From positions 19,571 through 83,570 of the forward strand of contig DAIDIE010000018.1 in assembly GCA_027459505.1 (NCBI GenBank): DNA of 64,000 nt, read 5' to 3'. The translations under genes were made by a program, and so were the position numbers. Position 1 is the stretch's first letter, and every line of letters begins with the position of its first letter. The DNA comes from Acidobacteriota bacterium. Lineage in GTDB: Bacteria; Acidobacteriota; Terriglobia; Terriglobales; SCQP01. The notes beneath the pieces are model-generated. The model worked only from the letters and a program-made list of their open reading frames with translations, made no database searches and was not told where the DNA came from. Positions 37,792 through 47,326 of the stretch are shown here, piece by piece.

Positions 37792-38616
37792 CTAAAGCGG
37801 CTTTGCCGTCCGGCAATTCAACTTCTCCGGATGGACCCGAGCAGCGCCGCTGGTGGAGGCTTCGGCTCGACCGGCCGGGGTCGCCAAAGCGGGGGCAAAA
37901 TGGACGGCTTGTGCGGCCGGCGGCCAACGCCGCCAGGCAAAGCTGTTGCGGGGCTTATGATACTCGTCCGGAGCCCAAACCGCCACTCCGAGCAGAAGAA
38001 CTGCCAGCAGTGTAGCTGCTGGAGGGGCAAAAGACCAGCGGCTGAAAGGGCGGAACAGGGCCAGCAGGGAGTAGACGATGGCGCCGCAACTATAGAGGAC
38101 ACTAAAGGACAGCACTGTCCGGCGAAAGCGTAATCCAGCCACCCGCAAGGCATTTATGCCGGCCAGCAGGAGCATGGTCAGGATCATGCCAACAAACGAG
38201 AGGTTTTGCTCCAGATCCACCGCAAAAACGGCAAAGGAGGCGTTTCGCTGGCGGAAGGTCATCAGGATGCTAACGGCACTCAAAGCAGCGAGCACGAGTA
38301 AAGCACCTCGCCACAGGAGCGGTTGCACCAGGGGAACTGCTTCCAGGAGGGGCTCCAACAAGTGGACCAGCACCAGGTAGCCGACGACTGCGATTGTCAC
38401 GTCAAAAAAGTAATAGGTATTGCGGTATTGCAATGAAGCGATGCCATAGACGTCCAGTACTAAGAAAACCAGGCACTCGGCGACGACACTGAAGATCATA
38501 TAGACACGCAGGGCCTGCCACTGCCGCAACTCCGGGCCGCGACGGCGCGCACCGGCGTAGATCAACAGCTTTCCCGCCAGCACAGCCCACCACAGAAATT
38601 GGGTTAATGCGTTCAC
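37792..38616 (-). CDS. Hypothetical polytopic (about 7 TM) membrane protein
   Basis: 274 aa with a repeated hydrophobic-helix pattern. No family recognised. Confidence 0.6.
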   Translation of the reverse strand: MNALTQFLWWAVLAGKLLIYAGARRRGPELRQWQALRVYMIFSVVAECLVFLVLDVYGIASLQYRNTYYFFDVTIAVVGYLVLVHLLEPLLEAVPLVQPLLWRGALLVLAALSAVSILMTFRQRNASFAVFAVDLEQNLSFVGMILTMLLLAGINALRVAGLRFRRTVLSFSVLYSCGAIVYSLLALFRPFSRWSFAPPAATLLAVLLLGVAVWAPDEYHKPRNSFAWRRWPPAAQAVHFAPALATPAGRAEASTSGAARVHPEKLNCRTAKPL

Positions 38617-38778
38617 GCCGCCGGTCCTTAAACGGCAGCATAGGGCAATGAGGAATCAGAGCCTAGAAAAAGCCGCTTGTCTCCACCCCCCAAACAGGTG
38701 GAGACAAGCGTGAGCATTGCCATGAACGACTTCCCGGGACTGGGAATCCGGGCGATCCAGATTGGGAAGCGGGATGGA

Positions 38779-38830
38779 CCTTTGCCGTCACTTCGGCCTA
38801 CGATCTCGAACTCGAAATCAGTTCGACTCG
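38779..38830. repeat. 52-nt interspersed intergenic repeat, copy B
   Basis: CCTTTGCCGTCACTTCGGCCTACGATCTCGAACTCGAAATCAGTTCGACTCG. A partial match (GCTCGAACTCGCGATC) occurs at 7716-7731. Confidence 0.8.
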
Positions 38831-38858
38831 TCCTGGCCCGTCAAGCGACCGTGAAAGG

Positions 38859-39194
38859 TCAAACGCCCTGCGGCGCCTGAACAGGATAGGGCCAGCCGGG
38901 CATGGGTGGAGGAGGAGCGCCGAGGCCAATGCCGGCGATGCTGACGCCGGTGAGCTGCGGCGGAAGGGGATCACCGGCGCCAATGCCGGCGGAGCGCACA
39001 GGATAGGGCCAGCCGGGCATGGGTGGGGGAGGAGCGCCAAGGCCGATGGCGATCATGGTTTGGGGCTGAGGTGCGGCCAAGGCCAGGGAACGATAAGTAG
39101 CCCCGGAGTTATGATGGTTGACCAAAAGCTTCAGGCCAACGGCGCTGCCCACAAGCAAGGTGGCGGCGAGAGCGAGACGAAGGTGGCTGTGCAT
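38859..39194 (-). CDS. Small secreted Pro-rich protein with an internal duplicated 17-aa motif
   Basis: Start ATG 39194 (MHSHLRLALAATLLVGSAVG signal). IGLGAPPPPMPGWPYPV occurs twice. The DNA copies are at 38881-38933 and 38998-39050, 49/53 identical. Confidence 0.6.
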   Translation of the reverse strand: MHSHLRLALAATLLVGSAVGLKLLVNHHNSGATYRSLALAAPQPQTMIAIGLGAPPPPMPGWPYPVRSAGIGAGDPLPPQLTGVSIAGIGLGAPPPPMPGWPYPVQAPQGV

Positions 39195-39715
39195 TGAAAT
39201 CTGCTCCTTAGCGAAAGCGGGGCTTCCCGAACTGGGCCTTCGCGGGCGGTGCCTAAAGCCGCCCCGATTTGGCAAGCGGCCCGGTTGCGGGCTGCCCCTG
39301 TCAAGCAACATATGAAAGCTCCACCTTATTGCGGATAGGGAAAAGCATTAGAGAAACAGAGCGATCCCCCCAGACGAGGGAGGGGGTGGGGCTGCCCGGA
39401 ATTTCTAGTAAGAGAGGCAGTGGAGGGCAAATTGGGGGGTAATTATTACAATGTTGTTACGAAGAAGTCGTAGTTTTGTAACAAAGGTAATTTTCCCGGC
39501 ATAGTTTTGTGGCGGGTTTGCAGCGCTCTTGAAGGTTTTTGGGTCAACCCATTTGGGGGATGTTCAAGGGAGCGGAAAATGTGCAAGAGCGCGAACCTCG
39601 CTGGCCAATGGCATGCGGGCTGGGGTGAGAGCGGTGGGGATTGTTGCGCGTGCTAAAGGGGTCTGCTGTGCTGGTTTGAATGCCGGCTGCGGCTCTCGTC
39701 AATTTGCAACCGCGA

Positions 39716-40807
39716 TCAGAAGGCACGTCTCTTTTTCTGTGGCGCATCGGACTGGTGCATGCGCTCTAAAAGCAAGCGCAGTTGCTGCCCGTGGCCGGCG
39801 CCGGGCAAATTGCCGGAGGCCAGGTCGCCGTACTTCTCCAGGCGGCGGCGGAGGTTGGTAATGGTGAACCGCGATGGGTCAAGGGAACGAGTGAGCTCTT
39901 TCCACTGCAGCGGAGTCGAGACGGTTGCGCCGGGATAGGCGCGTGGTGAATAGGGCGGCGGAATCGTTTTGCCGGGAGCGTTCTGGCGGAAGTCGAGGAA
40001 GACGCGGTCGCGAGGCCTGTCAGCGACGGACCAGACATCAGTGGTCAGATCCGGGACTTCGGCGGCGGCCAGACGCAGCACGATTTCCGCAAAGCGTGAG
40101 CTCTGGGCGAAGCTATGCCCGGGAGCGAGTGGGAGCAGAATATGCATTCCCGTGGCGCCCGAGGTTTTTGGAAAGCCGAGGATCTCGTATTTTTCCAGAA
40201 CGCGGCGGATGGCCTGGGCGACGCGGACCACCTTATCGAAGCCGGCGTCAGGCCCGGGATCAAGATCGAGCAGCACGAAATCCGGCTGATCGGGAGTTGC
40301 GGCGCGGCTCATCCAGACGTTGTGGTCAATGCAACCGAGGTTCACCAGGTAGAGCAGAGTCGGGCAGTCGTTGCACAAGACGTAGTTGATGTAGGTGCGC
40401 TCGCCCTTGCTGGGGAGGGGTGCGGTGCGCACCCAAGGGGGCATGTGCTCACCGGCCTCTTTCTGGAAGAACCACGGGCGATCGATACCTTGCGGGAAGC
40501 GCTTGAGGGTGGCGGGCCGGTTTAAAAGGTGCGGCAGCATGAACTCAGCGACGTCGTGAGAATAGTCCAGCAGGTCCCGTTTGGTATGGCCGGATGAGGG
40601 GAAGTAGACTTTGTCGAGGTTGGAGAGCTTCACGGCGACTGTGTCGACGGTGACCTCGCCATTCACCGCGTCGCGGGGAAGCGGTAATGGCCCAAGCAGG
40701 CGCTGGCCGGGAGCACCGCGTTTGGCGCTGTCACGGCGCTGCGAAGCGGTGGGCTGCCAGTCCGCGCGCACGACGGTGTGTTTGGACTTGGGCTTGGGAT
40801 CCGCCAT
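39716..40807 (-). CDS. ligD: NHEJ polymerase/primase (LigD Pol domain, stand-alone)
   Basis: 363 aa. LSNLDKVYFP..G.TK.DLLDY, ...RPATLKRFPQGI....FFQK, HILLPL: archaeo-eukaryotic primase-like LigD polymerase motifs. Confidence 0.9.
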   Translation of the reverse strand: MADPKPKSKHTVVRADWQPTASQRRDSAKRGAPGQRLLGPLPLPRDAVNGEVTVDTVAVKLSNLDKVYFPSSGHTKRDLLDYSHDVAEFMLPHLLNRPATLKRFPQGIDRPWFFQKEAGEHMPPWVRTAPLPSKGERTYINYVLCNDCPTLLYLVNLGCIDHNVWMSRAATPDQPDFVLLDLDPGPDAGFDKVVRVAQAIRRVLEKYEILGFPKTSGATGMHILLPLAPGHSFAQSSRFAEIVLRLAAAEVPDLTTDVWSVADRPRDRVFLDFRQNAPGKTIPPPYSPRAYPGATVSTPLQWKELTRSLDPSRFTITNLRRRLEKYGDLASGNLPGAGHGQQLRLLLERMHQSDAPQKKRRAF

Positions 40808-40869
40808 AAGGCCGCTTTCTCCGGTGGCTATCGTATCTCACGAGTCCAGCGCCGCCAGGGATTTGTCAT

Positions 40870-42789
40870 TCACTTCGTTGCCGGTAGTTCGCGAATGCAT
40901 TCCCTGGGGTTCTTGTCGATGCGGAGCCCCAGAAAAACGGGGGCTCGCAACTTGTTGTCGTTGGTCCACTCCAGAAATTTCACTTCCGCCACCAGTTCCG
41001 GCTTGACCCAGTGGACGCCGTTCCGTGGCGCGGTTCCCACAACATCATCTGGACGCTGGGGAAGGTGGGTCAATTGCGGCAAGATGTTTTTGCGAGTGCG
41101 CGTATCAAAGCCGGTGCCCACCTTTCCGGCATAAACAAAGCGCTTCGAGTCCGGCTCGAACACGCCAAGCAGAAGCGAGCCGAACTGGGTACGCGAGCCC
41201 TGGGGATCGGTGTAGCCGAGGATGGCGACCTCCTGTGACTGACTAATCTTGATTTTGAGCCAGTTGCGCGAGCGCTTCTCCTCATAGCGGGAGTTTTCGC
41301 GTTTGGCGACGATGCCTTCCAAGCCTTGCGCGCGGGCCACCTGGAACAGGCCGCGGCCATCCTCCTGAATATGATCGGAGTAGCGCAGGGCGGCGCCCGT
41401 GGTCAGGATGGAGCGCAAGCGTTCCTTGCGTTGAAGGAGGGGGCGGCCGCGGAGGTCCTCGCCATCGAGAAAGAGCAGGTCAAAGGCGTAGTAGAGCACG
41501 GGATAGAGCTTGCGCGCGCGCTCCACGTCTTTGGGACCGGACAGGTTCATACGCTGCTGCAATTTGCTGAAACTGGAATGGCCCGCCTCATCGAGGACGA
41601 CAATTTCGCCGTCGAGAATAGCGTTCGTGGCGTGCACCGCATCCGGCAGCGCGTGGAGCTCCGGGTACTGGGCGGTCAGGTCGAGACCGCGCCGGCTGGA
41701 GAAACGCAGGCTTCCATTTTCTATGTAGGCTAGGGCGCGAATTCCGTCCCACTTGATTTCAAAGAGCCATTCTGGGGAGGAGAATGGTTCGTCGATCAGG
41801 GTGGCCAGCATGGGCTGGGTAATAGCAGGCAGCGGTGCGCGAGCGTGGCGGGCGCGAGCGGCAGCGGATGGGTTAAGCTCGGTCCGGGCATTCTGGTGTG
41901 GCGCCGGCCTGGAGGGGCGGGGCGCGGCGGCTGTAACCCCATCCGGGGCAAGCTGACCAGGAGCGGAAGTACCAGCCACGGCGCGCAGGCGGGGACGCGG
42001 CAGGGGCTCGGGTTGCCGCTGGTCACTGAGGGGCGGCTTACGTGAGTGGGCGGCCGTTTTCACCGCCTTCGCCGACTTTGTACTTCGGGTTTTACTCCTG
42101 GGCGCTGGTTCCTTCATGGCGCCAGATGCATCGCGATTGCTACCCCAGGTGGGAGCTACTGCGCGCAGCTGTGGGGTTGCCATTTGTTTCAACGTGTGTC
42201 CGGAGATCACCGAGGCGGGATGGCGCTCGGCGGTGTCGCCGAGCACCGCGGCATTATCCGCCTTCTTGAACAAAAGCCACTCGTTGCCGCGGCTGTTCGG
42301 GTCGCGGGAGTGCATATGGGCGAGGGCGAACTCGCCATGCAGCTTCTTGCCCTTCAGGCGGAATTTGAGAGAACCACGTTCGAGCTGTTGCACAGGAGGT
42401 GTCTCTCCGAGGGTTTCATAAGTACCCAAATCCCAGACGATCACTTCGCCAGCGCCATAATTGCCATCCGGGATAATGCCCTCGAAGGTGAGGTAATCGA
42501 CGGGGTGGTCTTCCACCTGCATGGCCAAGCGCTTTACTTCCGGATCGAGTGTAGGGCCTTTGGGGACCGCCCAGGATTTCAGCACGCCTTCCATTTCCAA
42601 ACGGAAGTCATAGTGCAAGTGTGAGGCGCGGTGCTGCTGCACGCAAAAGCGGCGTTCGACAGCGGGTTTGACCAGGTGGGGGCGTTTGGGAGCGGCTTGT
42701 TTGGCGCCGCTCGGCTCGGGCGTCTGGTCAAAATGGCGCTTGGCTTTGTACTCCTTCAGTGACACGAATGCTCCTGGTGAACCGCACAT
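40870..42789 (-). CDS. ligD: ATP-dependent DNA ligase LigD (phosphoesterase + ligase domains)
   Basis: N-terminal 3'-phosphoesterase domain (L.EY..KR.F..TPEP; F.VQ.H.A..LHYDFRLE..GVLKSWAVPKGP). A Pro/Ala/Arg-rich linker. Ligase motif I EIKWDGIR. An OB domain. Alternative start at GTG 42765. Confidence 0.93.
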   Translation of the reverse strand: MCGSPGAFVSLKEYKAKRHFDQTPEPSGAKQAAPKRPHLVKPAVERRFCVQQHRASHLHYDFRLEMEGVLKSWAVPKGPTLDPEVKRLAMQVEDHPVDYLTFEGIIPDGNYGAGEVIVWDLGTYETLGETPPVQQLERGSLKFRLKGKKLHGEFALAHMHSRDPNSRGNEWLLFKKADNAAVLGDTAERHPASVISGHTLKQMATPQLRAVAPTWGSNRDASGAMKEPAPRSKTRSTKSAKAVKTAAHSRKPPLSDQRQPEPLPRPRLRAVAGTSAPGQLAPDGVTAAAPRPSRPAPHQNARTELNPSAAARARHARAPLPAITQPMLATLIDEPFSSPEWLFEIKWDGIRALAYIENGSLRFSSRRGLDLTAQYPELHALPDAVHATNAILDGEIVVLDEAGHSSFSKLQQRMNLSGPKDVERARKLYPVLYYAFDLLFLDGEDLRGRPLLQRKERLRSILTTGAALRYSDHIQEDGRGLFQVARAQGLEGIVAKRENSRYEEKRSRNWLKIKISQSQEVAILGYTDPQGSRTQFGSLLLGVFEPDSKRFVYAGKVGTGFDTRTRKNILPQLTHLPQRPDDVVGTAPRNGVHWVKPELVAEVKFLEWTNDNKLRAPVFLGLRIDKNPRECIRELPATK

Positions 42790-42964
42790 TTCACAAGTTG
42801 GAGTGTACCTTTGCTTTTGGATGCCCTGTGGCAGCCTGCGCGCCTCCTGATCACGTTCAGGTTAATTTTGGGGCGGGCAAGTGAACGATGATCCACTCTG
42901 GTTCCACTAAGGCTGGGTGAGGACGAATCCTTCTCGCAGGCGCGACTGGGCATCTCACTTGACC

Positions 42965-43906
42965 ATGGCAAGCGTTTGGAGCGGGTATCTCACCTTTGGG
43001 CTGGTTACGTTACCAGTGCGGCTTTACTCGGGAGCACGAGGGCAGCGCATCGGGTTCCATATGCTACACGCAACCGATCATGCGCGCTTGCGGCAGCAGA
43101 TGGTATGCGAGCTGGATGGTGAGGTGGTGCCGCGGAGCGAGACGGTTCGCGGGTACGAGTACGCCAAGGGTGAGTACGTGGTGGTCAGCGACGAGGAGAT
43201 CAAGGCGGCCGCTCCGCACACGGAAAAGCAACTCGAGATTGTGGAGTTCTGCAAAGGAGGGGAAATCGATCCGATCTGGTACGAGTCCTCCTATTACCTG
43301 CTTCCCGAGGCGGCGGGGCGGCGCCCGTACGCACTGCTGCAGCGCGCGATGGAAGAATCCGGTTACGTGGCGGTGGCAAAGCTGGCGATGCACAATCGCG
43401 AGTCGATTGCGTTGGTGCGGGCGGGCACGGTTCGCGAAGCGGAAGAACAAGATGGAAAGCCGGAGAAGGGGAGCCGGCGCGGGTTGATCCTGCACACGTT
43501 GTACTACCACGACGAGATTCGTCTGGCAGAGGGTTTTGGGGCGAGCAGCGATGTTGCGGTAAGCGAGGCGGAGTTGCGGCTGGCAGAACAGCTGATCAAA
43601 GGGCTGGCCGCGCCCTTTCACCCCGCGCAGTTCGAAGATCACTACCGCAAGAATCTGGAAGAGGTCATTGAGGCGAAGCTGCACGGGAAGACTCCAGCGC
43701 GGAAGGAGGTAGCGCCGAAGCTGGCGCCAGTGACCGACCTGATGGAGAGCTTGAAGCGAAGTCTGGAGGCAATGCCAGCGAAGGCTGCCACTCCCCAGGC
43801 GGGGACGCACGCGCGCGCGAGCGCTTCCGAGCCCTCCGCAGGACATAAGAAGCCGCCGCGGGCGGCGGCGCACGGGGCCAAGAGCCGGAAGAAGAGTGCC
43901 TCGTAA
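42965..43906 (+). CDS. ku: Ku protein (NHEJ DNA end-binding)
   Basis: Start MASVWSGYLTFGLVTLPVRLYSGAR, the typical bacterial Ku N-terminus. Lys/Arg-rich C-terminal tail. Divergent from ligD. Confidence 0.93.
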   Translation: MASVWSGYLTFGLVTLPVRLYSGARGQRIGFHMLHATDHARLRQQMVCELDGEVVPRSETVRGYEYAKGEYVVVSDEEIKAAAPHTEKQLEIVEFCKGGEIDPIWYESSYYLLPEAAGRRPYALLQRAMEESGYVAVAKLAMHNRESIALVRAGTVREAEEQDGKPEKGSRRGLILHTLYYHDEIRLAEGFGASSDVAVSEAELRLAEQLIKGLAAPFHPAQFEDHYRKNLEEVIEAKLHGKTPARKEVAPKLAPVTDLMESLKRSLEAMPAKAATPQAGTHARASASEPSAGHKKPPRAAAHGAKSRKKSAS

Positions 43907-44098
43907 TTGCGCTGCTGGAAGAGTGTGTTGTGGCGGTCGAGTTTGGAACTCACCACTGCGTGCGCGGATGGCTGGCGCGGCTTCCTGGCCATTGGCCGGG
44001 CGAAAGGTCCTCTGTCACAGGGGAAGGCGAGGAAGATTAAAACGCCTCAAGTTTTCCATCCGGCTGCCGATTGACCTACAGTGACAATCGGAGCCGGC

Positions 44099-46123
44099 AT
44101 GCGGGAGCGGATTTCTACCTCACGAATTCTGTTGGTTGACGACGATCCGGTGGCGGCCGAGGCGCTGGGACAGGTGTTGCAGCAGGCCGGTTTCAACAAT
44201 CTGGTGATGGTGGAAGATCCGCGGCTGGCGGTCAACTCCTGTCAACAGCAGAGCCCGGATCTGATTCTGCTCGATCTGCACATGCCGCATCTGGACGGTT
44301 TTGGATTGCTGGCCGAGTTGCAGCCGTGGCTGCAGGGACCGGTGCCCGCCGTGGTGATCATGCTGACGGCGGACGCTTCGCGGGAAGCCAAGGAGCGGGC
44401 GCTGCAGTCGGGCGTGCGCGATTTTCTGGCCAAGCCGGTGGATCCGGTCGAGTCGCTGCTGCGGATTCGCAATCTGCTGGAGATGCGAGTGCTGGCGCTG
44501 GAACTGCAGCAGCGCAATCGCGAACTGGAGTTGGAAGTGCATGACCGCACCTCCGACTTGCGCGCATCGGTGGTCCGGCTGCGTCAGACGCAGAGCGACC
44601 TGGAGACCTCAGAACGTCATTATCGTCTGCTGTTCGAGCAGAACAGCGCGGGCGCCTTCCGCTGCACTTTAGACGGGAGTTTGCTGGACTACAATGAAGC
44701 GCTCTTGCGCATTGCCGGCCGCACTCCACGGGCGTCAGTCCCCGCCACCCTGCAGGATCTGGGCATGGCGCAAGTGCTGGAGGAGCTGAAGACGCGCGAG
44801 CGGGTGGAGAGTCTGGAGTGCCGCTTGCCCAAGCCGGAGGGAGCGACCGCCACCGTACTCATTAACGCGGTGCGCGTGCCGGGCAGCGCCAGCTACCCCG
44901 CCGCGGTACACGGGACAGTGGTTGACATCAGCGCGCTGCGGCAGTTGCAGGAAGAGCTGCGGCAGGCGCAAAAAATGGAGGCGTTGGGGCGGCTGGCCGC
45001 TGGTGTCACCCACGATTTCAACAATCTGCTGACCATCATTTCGGGCTACAGCGATTTACTGCTGCAGCGCCATGCGGGCGACGATCGCAGCCAGTCTCAT
45101 TTGCTGGAGATCCGCAAAGCGGTGGATCGGGCGCTTGGGGTGACGCGGCAATTATTGACCTTCAGCCGGCAGCAGCCCGTGACCCCGCAGATACTGCACC
45201 TCAATACCTGCGTGAAAAACCTGCAGTCGCGGGTGCAGCGTATTGCGGGCACCTCGGTGGAGGTGCTGCTGGTGCTGGAGCCCACGCTGCCAGCCATTCT
45301 AGCCGAGCCGTCCGGCTTGGATCAGTTGCTGCTGAATCTGGTGAGTAATGCGCGTGAGGCGATGCCGCATGGCGGCCGGCTGGTGATTGAAACGGCGCTG
45401 ACGAACATCAATTCCGCGAGTCATGGAGTAGCACCGGGCAGCTATGTTTCCCTGGCGGTGAGTGACACGGGAGTGGGGATTGCGGCGGACGTGCTGCCGC
45501 ATATCTTTGAGCCGTTTTTCACGACCAAGAAAGAGATTCGCAGCGCGGGGCTGGGGCTGGCGACCAGCTACGGCATTGTGCAGCAATGCGGGGGCTTTAT
45601 TCAGGTGGAGAGCGAACCGGGGCAGGGGAGCCGTTTCCAGGTGCTGTTCCCGCTGGCTGAGACCAGGGGACAAGCGGAGCCCGGGAGCCTGGCCGTGGTG
45701 GCGCCACCGCGGCCGGCAACGGAGACAATTCTGCTGGTGGAAGACGAAGACGCCTTACGAGCGCTGGCGGCGCGTCTGCTGGAGACGGAGGGCTACACAG
45801 TTCTAGCGGCCTCCAACGCAGACGAGGCGCTGGAACTCTGCGAGCGGCAGCCGGTTCCTTTGCATTTATTGCTGACCGATCTGGTCATGCCGGGCATGAA
45901 TGGGAGGGAACTGGCCAAAGCGGTAGGGCAGCGGCATCCGGAGACGCGAACGCTGTTCATGTCGGGTTACGCCAACAACATTGTCCTCCATCGCGGAGGC
46001 GAAAGCGGCGGGCGCTTTTTCCTGCAGAAGCCGTTTACCGGCGAGGTGCTGACACGCAAGGTGCGCGAGGTGCTGGACATGCTGCCGGAGCCGGTGATGG
46101 GCGCGCGTAACGCGGGATCGTAG
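44099..46123 (+). CDS. Hybrid sensor histidine kinase/response regulator (REC-PAS-HisKA-HATPase-REC)
   Basis: N-terminal REC (ILLVDDD...LILLDLHMP), coiled coil, PAS, H-box GVTHDFNNLL, G-boxes, and a C-terminal REC (ILLVEDE...LLLTDLVMPGMNG). ATG 44099 is preceded by GGAG. The longest ORF starts at GTG 44081. Confidence 0.92.
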   Translation: MRERISTSRILLVDDDPVAAEALGQVLQQAGFNNLVMVEDPRLAVNSCQQQSPDLILLDLHMPHLDGFGLLAELQPWLQGPVPAVVIMLTADASREAKERALQSGVRDFLAKPVDPVESLLRIRNLLEMRVLALELQQRNRELELEVHDRTSDLRASVVRLRQTQSDLETSERHYRLLFEQNSAGAFRCTLDGSLLDYNEALLRIAGRTPRASVPATLQDLGMAQVLEELKTRERVESLECRLPKPEGATATVLINAVRVPGSASYPAAVHGTVVDISALRQLQEELRQAQKMEALGRLAAGVTHDFNNLLTIISGYSDLLLQRHAGDDRSQSHLLEIRKAVDRALGVTRQLLTFSRQQPVTPQILHLNTCVKNLQSRVQRIAGTSVEVLLVLEPTLPAILAEPSGLDQLLLNLVSNAREAMPHGGRLVIETALTNINSASHGVAPGSYVSLAVSDTGVGIAADVLPHIFEPFFTTKKEIRSAGLGLATSYGIVQQCGGFIQVESEPGQGSRFQVLFPLAETRGQAEPGSLAVVAPPRPATETILLVEDEDALRALAARLLETEGYTVLAASNADEALELCERQPVPLHLLLTDLVMPGMNGRELAKAVGQRHPETRTLFMSGYANNIVLHRGGESGGRFFLQKPFTGEVLTRKVREVLDMLPEPVMGARNAGS

Positions 46124-46125
46124 AA

Positions 46126-46157
46126 GTTTCAGATCGCGACTGTTTCAGATCGCGACT
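46126..46157. repeat. 16-bp perfect tandem duplication spanning the ribBA stop codon
   Basis: GTTTCAGATCGCGACT GTTTCAGATCGCGACT. Copy 2 contains the ribBA stop (TCA at 46145-46147 on +). Confidence 0.9.
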
Positions 46158-47326
46158 TGCCCCACAATCTCCAATCCATAGCCTTGTAGCGCCGCTACCT
46201 TACGAGGGTGGTTGGTGAGCAGACGGATCTTGCCTACGCCGAGATCGGAAAGAATCTGCGCGCCCACGCCGGTTTGGCGCTGCACGACACGCTCGTGATC
46301 GCCGGGGCGGGGAGCGCCACTTTCGGTATGAGTGATCTGGCCCTCGTGGACGGTGTACCCGGGGGTGTTCTGATGCAGGTAGACCAGGACGCCCTCTCCT
46401 TCGCTGGCAATGCGTTGCAGAGCGCCGCGGAGCGAGCGCTGGCAATCACAGAAGGAGCCGCCCAGCACGCCACCCAGCACGCAATGCGTCTGCACACGGA
46501 CCAGGGTTGGCTTTTCAGGCGATGGCTGCCCCATGACCAGGGCAGTGTGATACTCATTGTCGAGCACATTGTGGAAAGCAATGGCGCGGAAGTGGCCCTC
46601 GGCAGTCTGCAGGCTAGTCTCGCCAATGCGGTGCACATAGCGCTCATGCGCCAGGCGGTAGCGGATCAGGTCCGCCACGGTAATCATCTTCAACTGATGT
46701 TGAGAGCAGAAGGCGATCAGGTCGGGCACGCGCGACATGGTGCCGTCCTCATTCATGATCTCGCAGATGATACCGGCAGGCTGGTAGCCGGCGAGGCGGG
46801 CCAGGTCGACGGCGGCCTCGGTCTGTCCGGCGCGGGCTAGAACGCCTCCGCTGCGGGCAGACAAGGGAAAGATGTGGCCAGGGCGGGCAAGATCCTCGGG
46901 GCGGGCAAGGGGGTCGACCAGCTTGCGGATGGTGAGGGCGCGGTCGGCGGCGGAGATACCGGTCGAAACACCTTCCATCGCGTCCACCGATTCGCAGAAG
47001 GCGGTGCCGAAGTTGGAAGTGTTTTCCCGGGTCATTAAAGATATCTGCAACTGTTGCAGGCGGTCCTCGGTGAGCGGCACGCAGACCAGGCCGCGGCCGT
47101 GGCGGGCCATGAAGTTGATCATCTCCGGGGTAACGGTTTCGGCCACAGCGGTCAGATCGCCTTCGTTTTCGCGGTCGGCGTCATCGACAACGACAATCAT
47201 GCGGCCGGCACGCAACTCCTGCAGCGCCTCTGGAATGGAAGCAAAAGGGGGCTGAGGCTGCTGTCCGGCAGCGGAACGCAGAGTGGCGGCGCTGGCCGCG
47301 GACAGATCGGCTGGGGAGTGGGTCAT
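46145..47326 (-). CDS. ribBA: Bifunctional 3,4-dihydroxy-2-butanone-4-phosphate synthase / GTP cyclohydrolase II
   Basis: 393 aa. DHBP synthase motifs (DDADRENEGDL, HGRGLVC). The GCH-II Zn motif is C..C.C (HCVLG...FCDCQ). Confidence 0.95.
   Translation of the reverse strand: MTHSPADLSAASAATLRSAAGQQPQPPFASIPEALQELRAGRMIVVVDDADRENEGDLTAVAETVTPEMINFMARHGRGLVCVPLTEDRLQQLQISLMTRENTSNFGTAFCESVDAMEGVSTGISAADRALTIRKLVDPLARPEDLARPGHIFPLSARSGGVLARAGQTEAAVDLARLAGYQPAGIICEIMNEDGTMSRVPDLIAFCSQHQLKMITVADLIRYRLAHERYVHRIGETSLQTAEGHFRAIAFHNVLDNEYHTALVMGQPSPEKPTLVRVQTHCVLGGVLGGSFCDCQRSLRGALQRIASEGEGVLVYLHQNTPGYTVHEGQITHTESGAPRPGDHERVVQRQTGVGAQILSDLGVGKIRLLTNHPRKVAALQGYGLEIVGQVAI

Noticed and set aside
39240-39275. 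Sigma-54-like TGGCAAGCGGCCCGGTTGC near the Pro-rich protein gene.
   Set aside because: It lies on the strand opposite to the gene. The GG-to-GC spacing is 16 nt rather than the 12 nt expected between the -24 GG and the -12 GC.
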